A stretch of DNA of 38,182 bases from NCBI GenBank assembly GCA_010093995.1, contig ML992543.1:1-38182 (forward strand), given 5' to 3'. The notes below the pieces were generated by a model. The model searched no databases. It was not told the origin of the DNA and was given only the letters and a program-made list of their open reading frames with translations. This document shows, one piece after another, positions 30,319 to 38,182 of this stretch. The stretch is from Elsinoe ampelina. Lineage: Eukaryota. The position numbers were made by a program, and so were the translations under genes. Position 1 is the first letter of the stretch, and every line of letters starts with the position of its first letter.

Positions 30319-33300
30319 AACGAAAGATGAGAAACGAAAGTCAACAGCACAGCCAAAGCAGCAGGAGAATTAGTATGAAGAGAGGACGGCCGCCATTGGT
30401 GACATGTCGAACAAGCCAGTCGAGAGACGGAGGTGAGATGTGCAAGATGTTGGAAGGTTTACTCCTTTGCAGTGAAAAGCCGACGGCAACGAAACGTGCC
30501 GTTTGAGAGGTTCGAGCTCTCGGTACGACGCAATGACGCAGTCCGTTATTGGTCCGAAAATTCACTCATCGATAGCGACGATGTGCTGGCATGACTATTT
30601 TCCGGCTCTTGCTTGCACGTGAAGGAATGTGGTATCGTACCTATTGTCCTTTGTATCCTCTAAAATCCAAACAAGCTGGGTCCTGCCGAGGGCAGACCGG
30701 GGTATCTTCAGAACTGCATGAACATGGGGAGGCGGGCCCTAGTCGAGTATTGGCCGGAGAAGGGTATCGATCGTCTTGTCGATATTTCTCGTCGTCGGTA
30801 GAAAAGGAAGTGAGGTCGGAGAGGCTGTAGAGTTGCTGGATGTTGGACCAACAGAATTGTGAGGGTGCCAAACGCGAGGGACGGAGATACGAGTGGTCCA
30901 AACTAAGCCTAGCAGCAAAGGCCAATAAAAACGCAACCGAGCAAAGGCAGACCAAGTCAATGGCTGGCAACAGCAGCGTCGTCGATAACAAGAAACGCAA
31001 AGGAAAGGATATGATATGGCAGGACGAAGGTGTTGGTCAGAAGGATGGATGGGGGAGATGTACGAGACGATGAGGGCAAAAGGAGGACACATTCATTCTA
31101 TGGACAGTGGACTGTGGACCGTGTGGTGGAATGCTGGGACAGGGCAATCGCTGAATGGATCCTTCAGGACTAGTGTGGATCTCAAGCGTGTTCGTCTCTG
31201 GCTCAGGCTGTGGCACGCTATGGGGCATGACTCTCTGGCTCGCTGGAGATGTCTCCGCTCTGCTCCCTCGGTCCCTCACCGCAGCGAGTCCAGCGAGAGA
31301 AATGGCACGGACTGTATTTGGTTCTGCGTGTTTTAGCTCTAGCGCCATGTGAGGGCGGAGCCCGGTCCAAAAGCACGCACGCCTCTACGCCCAAAGCCCC
31401 CATCGCTCCTCTCTACACTCTCACAGTATACACGGCATCAGCTTGGATCAGGGTTGACTTGTCACCTGCAGGATGATGGCGTCGTCATGGCAGATGGCCG
31501 GGTTCGACTCTGTGTCACTGCTTCAGAAACTCCTGTTCGCCCGTCGAAAAACTGTCAGACGTTTGAGGCTGCTACGATGTACCGAGCCTGCGACTCTGCA
31601 ACTCCAACGACGGCACAACCCTCACGATCAGACGTGGGGGCTTGGAGGCAATGATTTGCATACAGATTGCGGCTCGTCTGCTTGTCTCTGACTCTCGTTT
31701 CTGGTCTTTGATCTTGTCTCACACAATTCTCTGCTCTTTAGATCGATTCCGGCTCTACTGCCTCGTCATCAGTCCATTACCGTACATTCTATCTGCTCGA
31801 GTTGTTTCTCACTTCGTCTTGAAAAGCCTTTGCAGGTCGCGGCGGGCCCAACGCAACCCATTGGCACCCTCCCGCTTTTTTCGCCTTCGATAAATTTGCC
31901 GGTCTCAGCTTCTGGCTGGCTCACCCCTGACCCGTCCGTTCCGATATTTTTTTGTTCGAGATACGCATCTGCAATCTGCAGAAATGCAGCTGCCCTCACA
32001 TGTCTACGGCAAGTCGGCATGTCTGCTTTGAACATGTGAGGATAACATCGTCGAGGACAGATAACCTTGTAGGCATGAAGCAGGCAGGCCATTCAGGGTT
32101 GCAATTGACCAGTTGTGTGGAAGCGAAGCGCGCAGGTCCGGAGCCAACTCCTCGGAAATTCTGCTTTTGGACACAGCGTTCGGTCTATGCTCGCCTTTTT
32201 TGGGTACGAGACCTTCTGACGTCTTCCAAAGAGTAGATTCTATCTATAACCACGATAACCTCATGGGCTTGTCACCGTTGTCACGAACGTCGCCCGTTTG
32301 GACAACGGTGGAGATGCTCCACCGTTGTGACCAGCAATGCCAATTATGCCATTCGTCTACTTCGGGGGGGGGGAACCATTCAGTTATGTGACCGTGCCTT
32401 GCTGGCGGGCAGCAATTCTTCTGGGGCCGGACAACCATACCTTCAAGTCACCATAACGTTGCGATGAAAGCTCGACATTCAGACCTGCTATCAGTCTCAA
32501 TGATAACAACTTGTTGCAGAGGCACACTCCTCTCATTCCAGGCCAAGAAAGGCCAGTTCGAGCCTCGAGATGCATGCTGCATGCGCGAAGATCAAAGCTC
32601 AGTAGTGCCATCCTCCTTCTCATCCGCGTCACCGCCCGGGTCGCTCGAACACATCCTTTGAGAAGAGGGAAGGTCTGAGAACGCGTTGTGGACAGAGCGT
32701 CTGCGCGAATGTCGATCATCGACCGGGGTTGGGATGCTTCTTCGATTGACTTCTTCACTAGCCGTCTAATGATGAACGACAATATCGATACCGAAAGTAT
32801 GCTTGAGTTGTGGCGGCTCTCATACTTGCAACAACAACGACATGGACTCCAACGATCGCTTTTCATTCCCCAGGTACGAGGCTGTCGATGATATCCCTGT
32901 CCGCCCAGAGATTTCCCCGAGTCATTGACCTGCATATCATCGGCTTCTTGATTGAGCAGAACATCAACAGTGTCCTTTTCGAAGCGGCTGAGACGAATGG
33001 CAATCATTCATCCTTGATCCGATGACTATCACGCCATACTGTATCTGAACCCACACCGGAGTATCAGACTGTCGGCTTGCTGATGCAAGAATCAACCCCC
33101 ATTTCACAAAGACCCTGGCGCTAAATTTGCGCTCGAGCGTCGTTCACCATGTTTAAAAGCTTCGTTCTTCATGACATGTGTGTTGCCACCAAATCCTTCT
33201 TACATTTTTGATACAGTAGAGCAATGGGCTTGCCAGCCACGGACAACGATCAGGCGATCTGACATGGTAATTTCACCATGTCTGCCCGGATCCTTCCGAG

Positions 33301-33980
33301 CAGATTTTCGAATCTCACGGGGCACGCAATCTAAACAGTATTTACGAGCTGCAATGCAGATCTGGCGGCTATCCTGGCGAGTGGGGAAGCTCCGACTGAA
33401 ACGCTGGTGGATTGCGTTCACATCTTTTAATCTATTCCTCCCGTTTCCCGTTCACAATGCACTCACGTCCTCCCACCAACAATGTTGCCTGGCGCGAATA
33501 CCCGACTTGAGTTCATACCACACTGCTTTTTCGCCAGGCGCAGATTCTAGTTCGATACTTGTATCATGAATCTCATCAACTCTAACTTGGGCCTCATCGC
33601 AACATCCTTGCAAAAGAGCTCAGCGACGACATACCCGACGGGACAGCTGACCTCGTCCTGTGAGTGAAGCAATCACTTTCAAATATTACCAAGCACGGTT
33701 TTTTTGTGATGCACGTCGTATGCCACGACTGTACAGAATGGATGCTCGGACGATTTAAGTGCAGCTGGTCAGCGATCGTCTTGCACCGGATTACAAACAT
33801 CGAAGAACATTTAAGGTGCAGATGATCCGTAGTCACCTGTCGCGGTATACTGCACGACAGTCCCATCACTATCCCCGCGCCTCTTTCGGTGGTGGCCGAC
33901 AACGTTGCCGTCTACGGTTGCTTGCACAGTGAACTATACACCTCGTAAGATCTGACCATTACACCCGCTCGGGTCGTATA

Positions 33981-34352
33981 TCAATCCCAATCCCCGTGCG
34001 GATACATAAAGTCCAATTCGGCATCATGTGCGTATTCAAGACCAGACGACCTGAGCATACGGAAGCCTTCGTCCATATCAGACCATGGACATCTTGTCCC
34101 GGCCATTGTTTTTACAAACAATCGCTTCGATTCATAAGCGAGACCATCTGGCTGGTCTTGGGCGTTCCAGGCACTGTTGCATACCGGATGGTGTAACAGG
34201 TCAATCGTTCGCATGCGGCCACAAATTCCCGCAACCATTTCCAGACGAACAGCCCTTTCTGACCATGTCATCCATACGACGCAGTCATTAAAAGTTTCCA
34301 GGTTGTCAACTCTTGCCACGAGTCTCGATATTTTGGAGCGTTCCGATAACAT
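33981..34352 (-). CDS. Possible small hypothetical protein (123 aa)
   Basis: ATG-initiated ORF with protein-like composition and a TATATATATA element ~45-55 nt upstream. No recognisable domain. Confidence 0.25.
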   Translation of the reverse strand: MLSERSKISRLVARVDNLETFNDCVVWMTWSERAVRLEMVAGICGRMRTIDLLHHPVCNSAWNAQDQPDGLAYESKRLFVKTMAGTRCPWSDMDEGFRMLRSSGLEYAHDAELDFMYPHGDWD

Positions 34353-34763
34353 ATCTGGTTCGTCTAGACCTGCCGAATCTCACACAAGGTTAGGTATATA
34401 TATATACACGTGAGCGTCGCATCTACATTTCTCGTTGATACTCCACAAGTCACTCTCAGCTTTCTTTTCGCCCGCCTGTTCACCATCACGACTGCAGTCG
34501 CCGCAGTCAAAATCGACGCCGTCAAGGCGGTATTTACAATACGAACTATGCTTTGATGGGAGCAATTGGTCACACTTAGTGTACTTGTTAGTAATTCTAA
34601 TCTCGCATCGATATCATGCCACACTTCATCAGTAGAGAAGACGAAATTGCGGCCTATCTTGGCCTCAGATATGCCATCAGCACATCACATGTTTTAGTAG
34701 ACCATATCCACCTGTTCAATATGAGCTTTCCATTGAAATGACCAGCCACATCAACTAGCTCTC

Positions 34764-35672
34764 TCAGACATCGCCCACCATTCCCCTTCCCTCCCCCCTC
34801 GGCACCTGCATCCCATGCAGCCCCTTGTACGCCACCCTCTGCGGCTCCTCCCACCCCTCCAACACCGCCCTATCCTCCACTTCAAACACCTCCACCAACA
34901 AGTCCCTACAAACATCCCCCATTCCCTTCCCCTCCTCCCCCTCCGTCCCCCAACCCCACGCACTCAAATCCCCGCCAGGACAAGCACTGATCGCCACCAA
35001 CAAATCCGTCTCAGCAAACAACTCGACACAATCCCCCTTTCTCGCGGGCGACGCACTCATCGTATACCTCCCCTCCGCATCCAACCCCGTCACCTGAAAC
35101 AAATTAATCACATCGTGCACATCACTCTCCTGCAGCCCAAACGGCATCACCGCCCTGACCAGATTACTGTGGCAGTGGAAATCATACTCGGTCCCCGCGA
35201 GCAACTTGTTCACGTACGGATCGCATCTCGTCCCGAGCAAGTCGTGGCAGCGACTCCCCCATTTATCCTGCCCGTAGTCCGCCAAGGAGTCGTGGACGAT
35301 GGTCGCCAGGGGGCGGAGGTAGGGGAGGTTGCTCCATAACCTGTCGCGGGTGGTCAGGTGGGAGGCGTGGAGTTGGCGGGTTCTTGCGGCCCAGAAGCGC
35401 TCGGTGGTGTTGGGGAGGGACCAGATGTTCAGGTCGCAGACTTGTGGGCCGGAAGGGGTGGAGATGCGGATGATGGAGGTTTTGGGCGCGCGGACGGCGA
35501 TGCCGGAGCGGGGTGGGCAGAGGGTGGACGAGAGGAGGCGGCGGGGGGAGTTGTGCAGGGCGGTGCAGAAGGTGGGGGAGGCGGTGGGGGAGGGGAAGTA
35601 AGCGGGGACCGGGGCGGTGGGTTGGCGGCAGAGGGAGGGGTCGTGGGTGTTGCGTGATGGTTGGTCGGGCAT
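34764..35672 (-). CDS. DUF1989 (urea carboxylase-associated family) protein, 302 aa
   Basis: Motifs GPQVCDLNIW, ERFWAARTRQLHASHL, RLWSNLPYLRPL, HDLLGTRCDPY, FHCHSNL, DVHDVINLFQVTGL and SACPGGDLS. Confidence 0.9.
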   Translation of the reverse strand: MPDQPSRNTHDPSLCRQPTAPVPAYFPSPTASPTFCTALHNSPRRLLSSTLCPPRSGIAVRAPKTSIIRISTPSGPQVCDLNIWSLPNTTERFWAARTRQLHASHLTTRDRLWSNLPYLRPLATIVHDSLADYGQDKWGSRCHDLLGTRCDPYVNKLLAGTEYDFHCHSNLVRAVMPFGLQESDVHDVINLFQVTGLDAEGRYTMSASPARKGDCVELFAETDLLVAISACPGGDLSAWGWGTEGEEGKGMGDVCRDLLVEVFEVEDRAVLEGWEEPQRVAYKGLHGMQVPRGEGRGMVGDV

Positions 35673-35929
35673 GTTGGTGGGTTTGTGGTCTGGAGCTATC
35701 GGATGCTGAAACTTGTTTGCGCTTGCTACGGCTAAATGGAGGTGAGATTATAGTCTTTCAGCTAAGGCTTCCTGCCGCAAAAGGCCAAGACGTGGTTTGC
35801 CTTGTTCCCCTCCTAGATTTATTACTTCTTACGCTTCTCACGTCTTAATGTGATTCACAGTAACATCGACATTCCTCGAACTTTCATGAGCGTCGACGTC
35901 GTCTAGCTTCGCCCGAGAAGTCCACGAAC

Positions 35930-36535
35930 ATGGCAACGGTCTCCACGTCCAAGGCTGGTGTCTTCAGCAAACGGCACCGTCGCATCGTCTTTGGCTTTCA
36001 CCTCACTCTGGCACTCTCCATGATTGGGACATGGGCATGCCGTCTCTCACAAGAACCGAAAATCCACCTTGCGCCGATCACCGAGGCTGAAGGACCGTCA
36101 TATCAGTACGGCTACAAATACGAAACACAACGTCGCTTCGACTGGAACCGCCAGTACTATCTCTGCATCGTCAACACTGTGCTCGAGATCCCTCTCACGA
36201 CTGCTTTCCTATTCACCATCGTACAATTCCTTCGATCACGATGGCAGGTTGGCGCATTGCTTCTCGCCTTTCTTGTCGAGACTGTGTACTGGACCGTGGC
36301 TTTCGCTATTGGCCTCACATTCCACTCCTTCACTAATATTTTTGGCGGAGGCATCATCATGGGGTTCTGTGCCTTTTGGGATATCTACCTTCTCGTCATG
36401 TACTGGAGACAGAAGAAGAGTAAGTCGCCCTTCTTAGACAGTCGTACATATGCTGACATTGATACAGGCGCGGGCCATCAAGTCGACCCGGAGAAAGACA
36501 AGCAGGAGCAGCTCTCCGTGGCCGAGTCAGAGTAA
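35930..36535 (+). CDS. Hypothetical ~4-TM membrane protein (201 aa)
   Basis: The ATG is in good context (AACATGG). There are four hydrophobic segments and a charged C-tail. It is divergent from the DUF1989 gene across 257 bp. Confidence 0.75.
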   Translation: MATVSTSKAGVFSKRHRRIVFGFHLTLALSMIGTWACRLSQEPKIHLAPITEAEGPSYQYGYKYETQRRFDWNRQYYLCIVNTVLEIPLTTAFLFTIVQFLRSRWQVGALLLAFLVETVYWTVAFAIGLTFHSFTNIFGGGIIMGFCAFWDIYLLVMYWRQKKSKSPFLDSRTYADIDTGAGHQVDPEKDKQEQLSVAESE

Positions 36536-38182
36536 TAGGCCTTCGACACCTTTGCGGACAGATGTGTACGCACCCTTCACAATGTGTTCTTTTCTATAAC
36601 CAACTATTGTCGAATCAAATTTCTCAATGCAGCCGGCGTGCTCGACATCGCTTTCTCCTTTAGCGGCTTATGAGTAATGTCAATATCGATATCCTGTCCC
36701 CTTCCCTTTTCAACCTTTGTCGGTGTCCATTCATTGTGCTCATCATATTGCTGGATCCAATGATAGTGTCCTCATAGTCACTGATCCCGCCGCCGCCGCC
36801 GGCTCGAATTCGGAACTCGAATGGTCTCACCGATGGAGAAGCGTGCTCATCCGCAAATTCTCGCCGATGTCATATACACTTCAGGCCACGACGAACAAGA
36901 CGATTACTCTATCGTTCCGTCTACGTCTCGGCATGGATCAAGCCTCGCCAATATTATTACCGTATCAAGTCCCTGCTGGCGCCGAAGTCTACTTCTGTGC
37001 CGCTCTTTGGCCATCGCTCGTGCCCGCTGAAGAGTGTCAAATAGCTTGCTCTATTATGCTTACGCAGAAGGACCTGAAAGTGCCGGTAGGTGGACACACC
37101 ACTTCGCTTCGTTCGCCACGCGTTGTAGACACTATCACGTTTGATACGGTGCGAGTTGGTGCCGTCCGATTCCTGTACTGCGATTTTGGACGGGAGAGGC
37201 GTCGTGCAATGAGGATGATGGAGAGCATTGTATCCTTCGTGGCGATCTTCTGACTTCGGGGATCAGAATGGCACTGTGAGGACAGGCCTCGTCGAGGAGC
37301 AGCTCTTGATCCCAAGAGATTCACATTTCTGATCTCATCTAAGCGCCACTCTTTGCATGTCTTGTCACATCAGTAGAGCACATCGCATGGTCATCAAGTC
37401 CGGCGAAGGACGATCGCAAGATGGCAATCGGCACAGATACTCACCCCTCTGGAGACGAAAAACATGACAGCCCCTTCATCGTCATTGAGGAGAGCGATCA
37501 GGAGTCATCCTGGAGAAAGACTGTGGACCATGAGTCACGGTTCCGGTCTGGGTTCTGATTGCATCGATGCTGACTCCCAGCACGGTGTTGATGGCATCGA
37601 GGCCGTCACCGTGTCTCATCTGGCAAGACATCATGCCCAAGATACTCGCTTTGTACTTGCCAGCTGCTGACCTCGCGGATTCGGAAACCATCTGTGGGGA
37701 CATCGTCATGCAATTGTCATACCTGGAGGGTTCGCCGACACGGACCGCGATGTAGCGTGCTTATGGCGACGCACAGAAACATCTGTTTCCCTGCTGGAAC
37801 TGCCACTCGGATCATCGGGTTCCTCGCGGTCTTGTTCTGGAAAGACATCAATGTCAAGGCGATCAAACAAACAACGGGACAAGTGCTATGAGCTTATAGG
37901 GCTTATAGTAGAGGTTTTGATCGTCACGGCAGCGAAGCGGTCTCGAGGGGCGCCGCGCGTCGGTACAGGCAAGACAGATATGAAATAAAATAGACAAGCT
38001 CTTCCTCCCCGGTCAACAAGTCTGATACTCATCATCTCAACGAGACGTCTGCCGGGTTCGGTACTCAAAAAGTCTTTTCCGGCACCGGGCAAAAGATACA
38101 GCACCTGGGATTCACACGTGGTCACCCACCGCATTACTAATCAGGCGATCAGTTGCTTAAATATGGCAGATCTGACGGGATG

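Noticed and set aside
32384..33007. 207-aa minus-strand ORF
   Set aside because: No recognisable domain and random-looking composition; no splice support.
2422..35672. Nitrogen-catabolism cluster (Zn2Cys6 TF, amidase, DUF1989)
   Set aside because: The genes are far apart and interleaved with unrelated housekeeping genes; no shared motif was seen.
36717..38182. Possible gene or pseudogene in the final 1.5 kb
   Set aside because: No consistent exon chain or domain motif could be built from the short ORFs.

Overview
Eukaryotic, filamentous-ascomycete DNA: short GT-AG introns with CTRAY-type branch points, a Zn2Cys6 factor and a RIP signature. The exact class cannot be established from sequence alone. 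Bases 1-~1640 are a RIP-degraded, TpA-rich repeat relic. Conserved genes follow: a Zn2Cys6 transcription factor, a Ptc6-like PP2C, importin-beta1 (KAP95, 6 exons), an amidase-signature enzyme, SPT20, a BNI4-like PP1-targeting protein, a DUF1989 protein and a small 4-TM protein. Between the amidase and SPT20 lies an accessory-looking block with two parts. The first is an 8-exon ~1413-aa gene fusing a Walker-degenerate NACHT-like module, ankyrin repeats and a C-terminal CorA-like 2-TM domain. The second is a pair of tandem paralogs of an unrecognised two-domain family, one interrupted by a +1 frameshift at CCC-TTT-C. Two other signals stand out. The SPT20 UAG stop is followed in the same frame by 194 sense codons encoding a protein-like domain, a readthrough or editing candidate. 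At least five strong C-rich to G-rich strand-skew switches sit inside coding sequences. All gene models were built by eye and no database searches were run.
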